A stretch of DNA of 24,135 nucleotides. It comes from Candidatus Micrarchaeota archaeon. GTDB lineage: Archaea; Micrarchaeota; Micrarchaeia; Micrarchaeales; CABMGC01. Where the stretch lies: NCBI GenBank assembly GCA_021785375.1, contig JAJYFQ010000001.1, forward strand, positions 1-24,135, given 5' to 3'. Under the pieces are notes generated by a model. That model made no database searches. It had not been told where the DNA came from and worked only from the letters and a program-made list of their open reading frames with translations. Below are positions 14,485 to 23,379 of this stretch, in pieces. Each line of letters starts with the position of its first letter. Position 1 is the first letter of the stretch. A program made the translations under genes and the position numbers.

Positions 14485-15735
14485 ATGATATTGAAAACAG
14501 TGAAAAGATGCAGGGTTTGTGGATCGAGACACCTTATCCCGATACTCTCACTGGGAAACCAGTATGTCACAAACTTCCTTGACAGTCCGAAGGCAAAGTC
14601 TTACAAGGCACCGCTTGACCTTGTCTTATGTGACACCAAAAAAGGAGGATGCGGACTCCTCCAGTTGAAGCACACATTCAATCATGACATTCTTTATAGG
14701 AAGTACTGGTTCAGATCTGGCATAAGCACCACGCTGGTCAAGGCACTGGCAGATGTGGTCAACAAGGCAGAAAGAGTGGTCGACCTAGAGAGCGGTGACT
14801 TGGTGATTGACATAGGATCTAACGATGGCACACTACTTAAACAGTACAAGGGCAAAAACATCACTAGGGTGGGCTTTGAGCCATCGAACCTCTGGAAATT
14901 TGCGAGCGGGAGAAATCTTGTGTCGATACACGACTACTTCAACTACGGTTCTTTCAGTCGCAGGTTCAAGGGGCGGAAGGCGAAGATCATAACCAGTATA
15001 GCCATGTTCTACGACCTCGACGACCCGAACAAATTTGTAGAAGATATAACGAGATGCCTTGATGACAATGGCCTCTGGATAATCCAGATGAACTACCTCT
15101 ACCTTATGCTCAAGGACAATACGTTTGACAACATCAGCCACGAGCACTTGGAGTACTACTCACTGCTCTCGCTTGAGAAGCTGCTTGGCAGACATGGCCT
15201 TGAAGTTATGGATGTTGAGCTGAACGAGGTGAACGGAGGCAGCTTTAGGATATACATAAGGAAGAAAGGAGCTGATGTGAAGCCGCTTGTCGGTGCGGAG
15301 GGTAGAGTGCTACGATTGAAGGCTCTTGAGAAGAGAGCCGGAATGGACACGATAAGACCGTACCTCAGTTTTGCAAGAAGAATAAAGATGATCGGCACGT
15401 CGCTACACTCCTTCCTGGAGAAGCAAAAGCGTATGGGTAAGAGCGTTTTCATATACGGTGCATCGACCAGGGGGCTTGTTATATTGCAGTTTGCCAGGAT
15501 AACGAACCGGCTGATAATTGCTGCCACGGATAAGAATCCAGAGAAGTGGGGCAAGTACATAGTCGGAACAGGAATACCGATAATATCGATAGACGAATAC
15601 AGAAGAAGAAAGCCCGATTACTTATTCATACTGCCCTATCATCTGAACAAGGAGATACGAAGCCAGGAGAGCCGATTCCTTAACAAGAATGGAAAGATGA
15701 TAGTGCCAATACCAAAGTTTAAAATATACGGATAG
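14485..15735 (+). CDS. NDP-hexose C-methyltransferase (SAM-dependent, Zn-binding N-terminus)
   Basis: CRVCGS...LSLG.QY..NF...LC...CGLLQL Zn site, Y.FRSG, DIGSNDGTLL, HEHLEYYS, YGASTRG and PDYLFILPY motifs. ATG 14485 is preferred over 14434. Confidence 0.92.
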   Translation: MILKTVKRCRVCGSRHLIPILSLGNQYVTNFLDSPKAKSYKAPLDLVLCDTKKGGCGLLQLKHTFNHDILYRKYWFRSGISTTLVKALADVVNKAERVVDLESGDLVIDIGSNDGTLLKQYKGKNITRVGFEPSNLWKFASGRNLVSIHDYFNYGSFSRRFKGRKAKIITSIAMFYDLDDPNKFVEDITRCLDDNGLWIIQMNYLYLMLKDNTFDNISHEHLEYYSLLSLEKLLGRHGLEVMDVELNEVNGGSFRIYIRKKGADVKPLVGAEGRVLRLKALEKRAGMDTIRPYLSFARRIKMIGTSLHSFLEKQKRMGKSVFIYGASTRGLVILQFARITNRLIIAATDKNPEKWGKYIVGTGIPIISIDEYRRRKPDYLFILPYHLNKEIRSQESRFLNKNGKMIVPIPKFKIYG

Positions 15736-15754
15736 CGAAGTAGGTTATGATCTC

Positions 15755-16801
15755 ATGAGATGCCTAGTTACGGGGAACCATGGCTACATAGGGTACATCC
15801 TTGCTGATGAACTTGTCAAGGCAGGATATGAAGTAACCGGATATGACTATGATTACTTCTCTGATAACTCTTTTGGAAGGAAAGATGCGCTAAAGTCAAG
15901 CGGCAGGATAAAGCAGATATCAAAGGACCTTAGGGAGATAAAGGAATCCGATTTTGAGGGGATTGATGCCGTGATACATCTTGCCGCACTGCCAAATGAC
16001 CCAGCATGCGACCTTGCCCCCGAAGTGACTTATGACATAAACTATCTTGCAACATTGCAGGCGGCCATAGCAGCCAAGAGGGCAGGTGTAAAGAGATTCA
16101 TATATGCATCTTCATGCTCGGTTTTTGGAGTAAAGGGAGACGAGCTTATAAACGAAGGCGATAGACCTTCCCCAATAACCGCATACGGGCTCTCGAAGAT
16201 GTACGCTGAGAATGCCCTGCTCCAGATGAACTCGAGGGACTTCACCGTGACGTGCATGAGAAACGCAACCTGTTATGGTGTGTCTCCGAGGATGAGATTT
16301 GACATGGTCCTCAACAATCTGGTCGGTTATGCATATACGGAGGGAAGGATAAGGGTCCTCAGCGATGGAACCTCATGGAGGCCAATAGTCCACATAGAGG
16401 ATGTGGCAGGGGCATACATAGCAGCACTCAAAGCCCCTGAATCGGACATATCAGGGCAGATCTTTGCAGTAGGTTCGGAGAATTTCACAGTTAATGAGAT
16501 AGCCCAGATAGTGGCAGAGGTGGTACCGGGATCGGAGATAGCCCATAATCCAAATGCACAGAAGGATTGGCGCTCTTACAGGGTAAGCTTCAATAAGATG
16601 ATCAGGGTGCTCGGCTATAGGCCGAAATGGACTGCGAAGAAGGGCGCCGAGGAACTATACAAAGCCTACAAGGAATTTGGGCTGACAAAGGAGAACTTCC
16701 AGAATGAGCAGTTCTGGGCAGGGAAGCACTTCAAATCTATGGTGAATGAAAGAATCATAGACAAGGATTTTGAATTCACCAAAAAGCGCCCCAAGGGATG
16801 A
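15755..16801 (+). CDS. NAD-dependent epimerase/dehydratase/reductase (extended SDR)
   Basis: TGNHGYIG, HLAALPNDP, YASSCSVFG, YGLSK (YxxxK) and RNATCYG.SPRMRFD motifs. Confidence 0.92.
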   Translation: MRCLVTGNHGYIGYILADELVKAGYEVTGYDYDYFSDNSFGRKDALKSSGRIKQISKDLREIKESDFEGIDAVIHLAALPNDPACDLAPEVTYDINYLATLQAAIAAKRAGVKRFIYASSCSVFGVKGDELINEGDRPSPITAYGLSKMYAENALLQMNSRDFTVTCMRNATCYGVSPRMRFDMVLNNLVGYAYTEGRIRVLSDGTSWRPIVHIEDVAGAYIAALKAPESDISGQIFAVGSENFTVNEIAQIVAEVVPGSEIAHNPNAQKDWRSYRVSFNKMIRVLGYRPKWTAKKGAEELYKAYKEFGLTKENFQNEQFWAGKHFKSMVNERIIDKDFEFTKKRPKG

Positions 16802-16802
16802 T

Positions 16803-17510
16803 ATGCTGGAAACTGCAGTGGTAATTGCAGGGGGAGAAGGCTCGAGGCTTTATCCTCTGACGGCAGACAAGCCAAAAACCCTAGTTGAGGTTGCCCACAA
16901 GCCCCTGTTTTACTGGGTAGTTAGATGGCTTAAGGCCAACGGCATCAGGAAGCTTGTTGTTGGAGTCGCATATAAAAAGGAAAAGATGTATGAATACCTT
17001 AAAGAGAATGACAATTTCGGCCTTGAGGTCAAGGTAAGCGAACATACTGTAGAGGGGGGCACGGCCCAAGCTTTCAAACTTGCGATAAGCAGGCACGTAA
17101 AGGAGGATGACTTCATCGCAATGAATTCTGACGAGCTGACAAACATGAGGCTGTCTCACCTGGTCGACGTCCATCTCAAGTACAAACCAACTGCAACCCT
17201 CTGCCTCTCCAACTTCTATTGCAAGTTTAGTGTTGTCGAGACTGATAGGCTGAATTTTGCAAGCAGTTTCGTGTACGGTAAGAAGCTGCCGGACACGTAC
17301 ATCAGCAACGGCATATACGTGTTCAACAGAAGGATCCTTGATCATATACCGGACCGTGGATCAATGGAGGATGACGTTTTCAAAAAGCTGGTCACGAAAA
17401 ACCAGATCGCGACTTATAAAATGTCGGATCAGGAAGATTGGGTGAGCGTCAACAGCGTAAAGGACATAAAGGAGGCGAATCTGAAGCTCAAGGAATGGGG
17501 ATACGCGTAA
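16803..17510 (+). CDS. Sugar-1-phosphate nucleotidyltransferase (NTP_transferase family)
   Basis: VIAGGEGSRLYPLT..KPK.L, GGTA.A, MNSDEL and SNGIYVF motifs. ATG 16803 follows the upstream stop. Confidence 0.9.
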   Translation: MLETAVVIAGGEGSRLYPLTADKPKTLVEVAHKPLFYWVVRWLKANGIRKLVVGVAYKKEKMYEYLKENDNFGLEVKVSEHTVEGGTAQAFKLAISRHVKEDDFIAMNSDELTNMRLSHLVDVHLKYKPTATLCLSNFYCKFSVVETDRLNFASSFVYGKKLPDTYISNGIYVFNRRILDHIPDRGSMEDDVFKKLVTKNQIATYKMSDQEDWVSVNSVKDIKEANLKLKEWGYA

Positions 17511-17569
17511 CAAATCCCAGGGTAAGAAGGACTTATTAAGTGCTCTTGTGATATTGAATTGTGTTAGAT

Positions 17570-18571
17570 ATGCCACAGAAGAGTGTGGGCATAGTGTTGC
17601 TCACTTATAATGGAATGAGACTCCAATACAATGGGGAGGGGATAATCAACCGCTGCCTACGCTATCTTGCCAAGACAGACTATGACAACTTTCATGTTGT
17701 TGTCGTAGACAACGGATCGGAAGATAATTCCATAGAGATTATCAAGAAGTACAAAGTGGATCTCATCAGTATAAAGGAGAACCTCTACAACTTCTCTATA
17801 GTAAACAATCGTGGGATAAAATACCTGAAATCAAAATACAACCCGGATTACTACGTGCTTATCAGCAACGACGTGTTTACCACAGACAAAAACTGGCTTA
17901 AGGAGCTTGTAAAGGTGTCGGAATCCGACAAGAGAATAGGGGTTATAGGTCCAAAGCTGCTCTGGCCCAACAAAACGATACAGAGCGCGGGTGTTTATGG
18001 AGGCGCCGCAACTTTCAACAGGTGGAGGGGGGAGAAGGACAATAAAAAATATAACATTGTAGATGAGATGCCAGTGATACTCGGGGCATGCATCATGATA
18101 AGGAAGGAGGTCTTCGATAAGATAGGCCTTCTGGATGACAACTACGCCATGGGAAGTGAAGAGGTAGACCTATGCCTAAGGGCTGCGGCTGCAGACTTCA
18201 AGATAGTGTATGATGGAAATGCCCAGGCTATCCACCTAGAAAGGTTCACACAGAAAAGGCGCGGCAAGAGTGTGTCGTTCGACCTTAGGAGATTTTACTA
18301 CGCGAAGAGGAACTTCGTCTACCATACGAAAAAGCATTTCTGGTCCTATGGAGCCTCAGATAAGGCCAAGGCACTATTCGATACATACTTTGGTTCCTTC
18401 CTTACCATCGACCAGTCGAAAAGGGGCATGGCAAAATTGTTCTCAATAAGAAAGGATAAGCCAGTCTCGAATGCCATGCCACTCCTCAAGGCCACAGTAG
18501 ACGGTCTTCTGATGAATTCTAAGTTAAAGCCAGCCAAGAGAGTCAAGATTAGCGATAAGAACCTGTGGTAA
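17570..18571 (+). CDS. GT2 glycosyltransferase (rhamnosyltransferase-like)
   Basis: IVLLTYN, VVVDNGSED, NFSIVNNRG, LISNDV, GACIMIR...IGLLD and EEVDLCLR motifs. ATG 17570 is preferred; TTATTAAG at 17533-17540. Confidence 0.9.
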   Translation: MPQKSVGIVLLTYNGMRLQYNGEGIINRCLRYLAKTDYDNFHVVVVDNGSEDNSIEIIKKYKVDLISIKENLYNFSIVNNRGIKYLKSKYNPDYYVLISNDVFTTDKNWLKELVKVSESDKRIGVIGPKLLWPNKTIQSAGVYGGAATFNRWRGEKDNKKYNIVDEMPVILGACIMIRKEVFDKIGLLDDNYAMGSEEVDLCLRAAAADFKIVYDGNAQAIHLERFTQKRRGKSVSFDLRRFYYAKRNFVYHTKKHFWSYGASDKAKALFDTYFGSFLTIDQSKRGMAKLFSIRKDKPVSNAMPLLKATVDGLLMNSKLKPAKRVKISDKNLW

Positions 18572-18572
18572 A

Positions 18573-19664
18573 TTGAAGATAGCCTTTCTAATAGATTCAT
18601 TGGAGGCAAGAGGGGGCGGGGAGAAGGTAGCCTATTTCTTTGCCAAGAGGTACGATGTAGATATTTATACGGCACATGTTTCCTGGGACAAGATACTCCC
18701 GGAATTCAAAAGGTTCCGGGTGCATGAGCTTGGGCGCGGAACTTCTGCCCCTTTTTTACAGCAAGAACTCATGATGAGAAAGTTCAGGGGCCTTGATCTC
18801 TCAGAGTATGATGTGGTGGTGTGCCATGGACCAACGTATTCTACATACGCAGCGTTGAATAACCACCCTTCAGTCTTGATGGTAGCAGGCATAAGCCCTT
18901 TGTTCTATAAGACCGGGCCGGACAAGTATAGATACTGGCCATTGGGTAAGCCTTATCTGAGACCGGCAGTCAGACTCTGGGCGGCAAGGCTTAGAAGGCA
19001 GGATAAACAGCTCATAAGGCAGATAGACGCAATTGTCTGTATATCCGATTATACTAGAGGCATCATGAAGAAGTATTACGGAGTTGACTCGACAGTGATA
19101 CACCCTCCAATAGAGGCAAGGAGATATTACAATAGGAAAAACAAGGGTTACTACCTGACTGTTGACAGGCTTATACCGGAGAAGAGGGTGGATATGGTTG
19201 TCGAGGCATTTACCAGAATGCCAGATAAGAAACTTGTTGTTGAGGGAAGCGGGCCCGAAAAGGAGAGGCTTGAGATGATAGCCGGGGATGCCAAGAATAT
19301 AACTTTTGTGGGAAGAGTCGATTCGAAAAGGCTGCTTAATCTTTATGCCAACTGCATAGCACTTATAAACATGGGTTACTACCAGGATTGGAGCATGGTG
19401 ATGATTGAGGCTATGGCTTCAGGAAAGCCAGGCATAGGACCCAGGCACGGAGCCTACAACGAAATGATAGATGAGGGCAGGACAGGGACCCTGATTGATG
19501 AAACCGTGGACGGAATAATTGGCGGAGTCACCAGAATTACCCCAGAAGTCGCAGAGAAGATGAAACGGGCATGCACGCTTAAAGCTTCTAAGTGCGATGA
19601 GAAGATCTTCTACAGAAAGTGGGACAAGCTCCTGCACGGACTGATTGAAAAGAGGAGCAGGTAG
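18573..19664 (+). CDS. GT4 (GT-B) glycosyltransferase
   Basis: GGGEKV, ISDYT...VIHPP, DRLIPEKRVD, V.GSGP and IEAMASGKP motifs; TTG start 1 nt after the upstream stop. Confidence 0.9.
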   Translation: MKIAFLIDSLEARGGGEKVAYFFAKRYDVDIYTAHVSWDKILPEFKRFRVHELGRGTSAPFLQQELMMRKFRGLDLSEYDVVVCHGPTYSTYAALNNHPSVLMVAGISPLFYKTGPDKYRYWPLGKPYLRPAVRLWAARLRRQDKQLIRQIDAIVCISDYTRGIMKKYYGVDSTVIHPPIEARRYYNRKNKGYYLTVDRLIPEKRVDMVVEAFTRMPDKKLVVEGSGPEKERLEMIAGDAKNITFVGRVDSKRLLNLYANCIALINMGYYQDWSMVMIEAMASGKPGIGPRHGAYNEMIDEGRTGTLIDETVDGIIGGVTRITPEVAEKMKRACTLKASKCDEKIFYRKWDKLLHGLIEKRSR

Positions 19665-19666
19665 CA

Positions 19667-20395
19667 CTACTTTGTTATAGTCCCTACAACTATAGCATTT
19701 GAATTTGAATAAGGATACCCGCATTTTGACCGCTTTACGTTTTCCCATGTGGTTTCTATCCACATTTCCTTGGATATGCGCTTTAGGTAGTGCACTTCGG
19801 CAAAATCTATCTTTTTGTGAAAGAGCAGCCAGTCTATATCTTTGTTGTATCCTATGGGCACCGTAAATACTATCTTACCTTTCTTTGAAAGATTCTTCCT
19901 AAGGTTATCTATCGCCTTAACGAATTTCATGCGCTCCCTAGGGGTCTCATCCCAGCCGACATGCTCCAGGGTAGAGATACTGACGATTAGATCGTATGGC
20001 CTTTTTGTCTTAAAGTTTACGACATCCTCGTTTATGACACCATCTGCGACCTCGTATTTGTCAAGCACATCGTGGTGCACGTCAGCGTAGTTCGAGAGGA
20101 CGTTTCCCACCTCCAGTATCCTCTTCGACCTGGACTTCCTTACCTCCGCTAGTATCACTGGAACTTCGACCTGCCGCTCGCTCTCCCAAGTGAAGTTGCG
20201 TTTACTGTAAAGGTACCTGTATTTGGCCCCGCTAAACTCGAAATAGGTGTTTGGCCTTATAAAATAAAGCAACGAGGGGGGAGTAAGATGTAGTTTGAGT
20301 ATGAAAATCCCCCAATGTATCGCGTGCCTGAATCCGTGTTTCCTGACCGAATTCAGTGCTCTGGAAATTATGCCTGGTTCCTCTGAATTCTCCAA
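19667..20395 (-). CDS. Class I SAM-dependent methyltransferase-like protein
   Basis: ERQVEVP, ILEVGNVL, YDLIVSISTLEHVG and L...GKIVFTVP motifs. The track start (20638) overlaps the divergent gene at 20532, so TTG 20395 is a provisional start. Confidence 0.6.
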   Translation of the reverse strand: MENSEEPGIISRALNSVRKHGFRHAIHWGIFILKLHLTPPSLLYFIRPNTYFEFSGAKYRYLYSKRNFTWESERQVEVPVILAEVRKSRSKRILEVGNVLSNYADVHHDVLDKYEVADGVINEDVVNFKTKRPYDLIVSISTLEHVGWDETPRERMKFVKAIDNLRKNLSKKGKIVFTVPIGYNKDIDWLLFHKKIDFAEVHYLKRISKEMWIETTWENVKRSKCGYPYSNSNAIVVGTITK

Positions 20396-20531
20396 AAGAA
20401 TACCCTGAAGTGGTCTTATAGTGCCGGGAAGGCTTAAAATACCGCTCCTTGGTTGACCTGGCCAGCAGGCACAGGCTGCAAAACGAACATAAACATTGCC
20501 ATTTAATAGATAAACCTCAGAGAGTGAGTTT

Positions 20532-21335
20532 GTGGCTCTTTTTATATATGGTACTGTGTTCAATAACGCCAAGTGGCTGGAGAGGTCGATAGGTTCCATA
20601 AGGCCCCTCAAGCCAGCTGGCATATTCGTAGTAGACAACTTTTCAACGGACGGTACGTACGAGAAGCTCAGATCGATGAAGGGGGTCCAGGTTGTACAAA
20701 GGAGGTGTAGTCATGGGCAGGGTAGGCAGCTCTCCCTCGAAGAACTGTTAAAAAATGCGAAGGATGACGACTTCGCCATGTACATGGACTTCGACACCAT
20801 CTATAAACCAGCTTACATAAAATTAGTAAACGCCAGTATGCGCTCGCTCAAGGACAAGGAGGTATTTATTTTCGGCATGCTATCAAAAGTGAAGGCAAAT
20901 AGAAAGATCCCGTGGAGGGACATGTTGACTTCTGAGGATCTTGAGAGGCATGCCCATTTCAAGGCGAGCGGATACAGAATAGTAGGTACAAAGGATCAGT
21001 TCATGATGCTTTACGGAGGCACTGGATTGAAGAATCCATATTATGACAACGATATAGCCGTGGGAGAGAACTTTTATAAGCGGCATTCGAGATACAGGGG
21101 CTCTAACCTAAAGTTCATGGTACGCATGTTCAAGGTATTGATTGATAATGAGAGAGGGGTCGCGTTCAGATCTTTCTCGGACTTCTACTCAAAGTCGAGT
21201 AGGGGGGGCATCTTCTTGAAAGCGGCCTTTCTGTTTGCGTATGTGATAGCCAAGATACGTGGGGTTTACTCGTATAATGCATCAGTAAACAACCTTGAAT
21301 ATGTAATGGACAGGAACGAATCTGGGAGAAAGTAA
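20532..21335 (+). CDS. GT2 glycosyltransferase
   Basis: YGTVFNN, VVDNFSTDGT, SHGQGRQ, YMDFDTIY (DxD) and EDLE motifs. Confidence 0.85.
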   Translation: MALFIYGTVFNNAKWLERSIGSIRPLKPAGIFVVDNFSTDGTYEKLRSMKGVQVVQRRCSHGQGRQLSLEELLKNAKDDDFAMYMDFDTIYKPAYIKLVNASMRSLKDKEVFIFGMLSKVKANRKIPWRDMLTSEDLERHAHFKASGYRIVGTKDQFMMLYGGTGLKNPYYDNDIAVGENFYKRHSRYRGSNLKFMVRMFKVLIDNERGVAFRSFSDFYSKSSRGGIFLKAAFLFAYVIAKIRGVYSYNASVNNLEYVMDRNESGRK

Positions 21336-21362
21336 CAGTGACTTGATTACCAGGAATTGGCT

Positions 21363-22244
21363 TCAGCTTCTGAGCTTTGATGAAGGATAGTTAAGCCCGT
21401 CTTTGAATCCCTTTACGTACGCCTTATAAAGTTCGAGTTTTCCGGTTCCGGCTGAAGTAGGTATCTTGTAAAGCAGGTAGTATAGAGTGTTTACTGTCAA
21501 AAAGATAAGCACAAAAAGTATGAGCCTTCCTAATGGGGCGTACTTCCTTTCTATCATGATGTGACTCTTTATTGTGATGTATGCTCTGAGCACATTTAGG
21601 CGGGAAGCTGAGTTGCCCAGATCGTGCACAGTTTTGGCCTTTGTATAGATGAAATTCTTGTATCCGCTAAACTTAAGCCTTTGGGCAAGATCTACCTCCT
21701 CATGGTAAAGGAAGTCGGGGTCCTCCATGCCAATCTTGGAATAAAGAGCCCTTGAGATCATATACGCATTAGGTATCACGTCAGTCTCTATCAGTTCTCT
21801 TGTGAGTGCTTTCTCTGGCACCTTTTTAGCGTATGGATTTATCCATGTTTCCGTTGCGCCATAAAACCATAGGGAGCCATCAGCTTTGTACATTATAGGG
21901 CCGAGCAGTCCGGTGTGGCTTAGCGAATCGTATTTTCTCACCAGCCTTTCTATAGCATGTTTTTCCAGTATGTTGTCGTCGTCAACAAAGAACAGTATCC
22001 TGCCCCTGGCGAGTTTGGCTCCCTTGTTCCTGCATCTGGTCCAATACAACTCTCTTTTATTCTGGAAAAGCCTTATTTTGACCCCATTAAGCTGATGCCT
22101 CAGGTCTTCGTTTGGATTGTCATTTACCACTATGACTTCGGTTTTTTGGTAGGAGCTTTTGCGTATGCTCTCGAGACACTTGATTAACTTGTCAGTCCTT
22201 TTATAGGTAGGAATGATTATGGTAACTGTGGGTTTGACAGGCAC
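21363..22244 (-). CDS. GT2 glycosyltransferase
   Basis: IIIPTYKR, VVND, RNKGA.LARG.ILFFVDDDN and EEVDLAQR motifs; hydrophobic C-terminal segment; GTG start. Confidence 0.9.
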   Translation of the reverse strand: MPVKPTVTIIIPTYKRTDKLIKCLESIRKSSYQKTEVIVVNDNPNEDLRHQLNGVKIRLFQNKRELYWTRCRNKGAKLARGRILFFVDDDNILEKHAIERLVRKYDSLSHTGLLGPIMYKADGSLWFYGATETWINPYAKKVPEKALTRELIETDVIPNAYMISRALYSKIGMEDPDFLYHEEVDLAQRLKFSGYKNFIYTKAKTVHDLGNSASRLNVLRAYITIKSHIMIERKYAPLGRLILFVLIFLTVNTLYYLLYKIPTSAGTGKLELYKAYVKGFKDGLNYPSSKLRS

Positions 22245-22392
22245 TTTCTATCACTAAGATCCGGATATTTACAGTATGTTTTGATTATACACACGGGAGA
22301 GTATATTAAGGGAGTGTCCTATCATATTATTTATTATTATCTGCATAAGATAGTTACCGTCATAAGGGACAGGAAAATGAAGAACTGAGTTT

Positions 22393-23367
22393 ATGAAAAT
22401 ACTAATAACAGGAGTCAAAGGATTCATTGCAACCAATCTTGCCGAGTACTACCTGAGGAATAGCTCTGCAGACATCATAGGGGTCTCGACTGAGCCAAAA
22501 ACGCTGGTTGAGGCCAGAGTAATAAACGACCTGAAGACAAAGTCAAGCGGGAGGTTTAGTTTCAGGCACTGCAACCTGGTTTATGCTACGCAGCTCAAGA
22601 CGATTTTTGACAGCGAGATGCCAGACCTCATCATAAACGCCGCAGCAAGCACCAATGTGCCGAGAAGCTTCTCGTATCCACTCGAGTACTACAAGGACAA
22701 CCTTGAGGGGGTTGTGAACATTCTGGAGTGGATGCGGCTCTCGAGCCCTTCAACCAAGATGGTACACTTCAGCACCGAAGCGGTGCTTTCCATGAAAGAC
22801 CATGAAATAGGGAAACACGAACGGCTGACCCCGATAAATCCCTTCTCGGCAAGCAAGGCCGCAGCGGAGCAGTACATATATGCGTACAACAAATGCTTTG
22901 ATGAGAAAGTGCAGATAGTAAGGCCTCCAGTGAACTATGGGCCATATCAAGCGCACACGAAGGTAATAGCTAGGACCATATTAAGCTGCCTGAACAAGGA
23001 GAAGTTCAGGATATTTAATGAGGCCAAACCAGCCCCAAGGAGGTGGTGGGTCCACGTTCAGGACACCTGCAGGGCAGTAGACATGATAGTGAAGAAGGGG
23101 GGCGAGCATGAAATTTATGACATAGTAACCCCTGACAAGATGACAGTCAGTGAGGCGGTAAACAGGATACTGGAGCTTACAGGGAACCAAAATCTGTTTG
23201 ATGGTTACATGGAGGCTAGGTTGAACGACATTGAGAGTTACTCATTGGATGGAAGCGCCCTTAATGCACTTGGGTGGAAACCGGCCCACAGTTTCGATGA
23301 CGGGATAAGGAATACGATAGAGTGGTACTCCAAGAACGCAGGATGGTTCTGCGAGACAGTGATATGA
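22393..23367 (+). CDS. dTDP-glucose 4,6-dehydratase-like SDR with degenerate catalytic residues
   Basis: TGVKGFIA, AAAST.V.RSF and NYGPYQ motifs are present, but HFSTEAV replaces TDE and FSASK replaces YxxxK. Confidence 0.85.
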   Translation: MKILITGVKGFIATNLAEYYLRNSSADIIGVSTEPKTLVEARVINDLKTKSSGRFSFRHCNLVYATQLKTIFDSEMPDLIINAAASTNVPRSFSYPLEYYKDNLEGVVNILEWMRLSSPSTKMVHFSTEAVLSMKDHEIGKHERLTPINPFSASKAAAEQYIYAYNKCFDEKVQIVRPPVNYGPYQAHTKVIARTILSCLNKEKFRIFNEAKPAPRRWWVHVQDTCRAVDMIVKKGGEHEIYDIVTPDKMTVSEAVNRILELTGNQNLFDGYMEARLNDIESYSLDGSALNALGWKPAHSFDDGIRNTIEWYSKNAGWFCETVI

Positions 23368-23379
23368 AGGGGGGCATTA

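Noticed and set aside
20396-20638. 5' extension of the methyltransferase-like ORF
   Set aside because: It overlaps the divergent GT2 gene and its promoter region and does not look protein-like.
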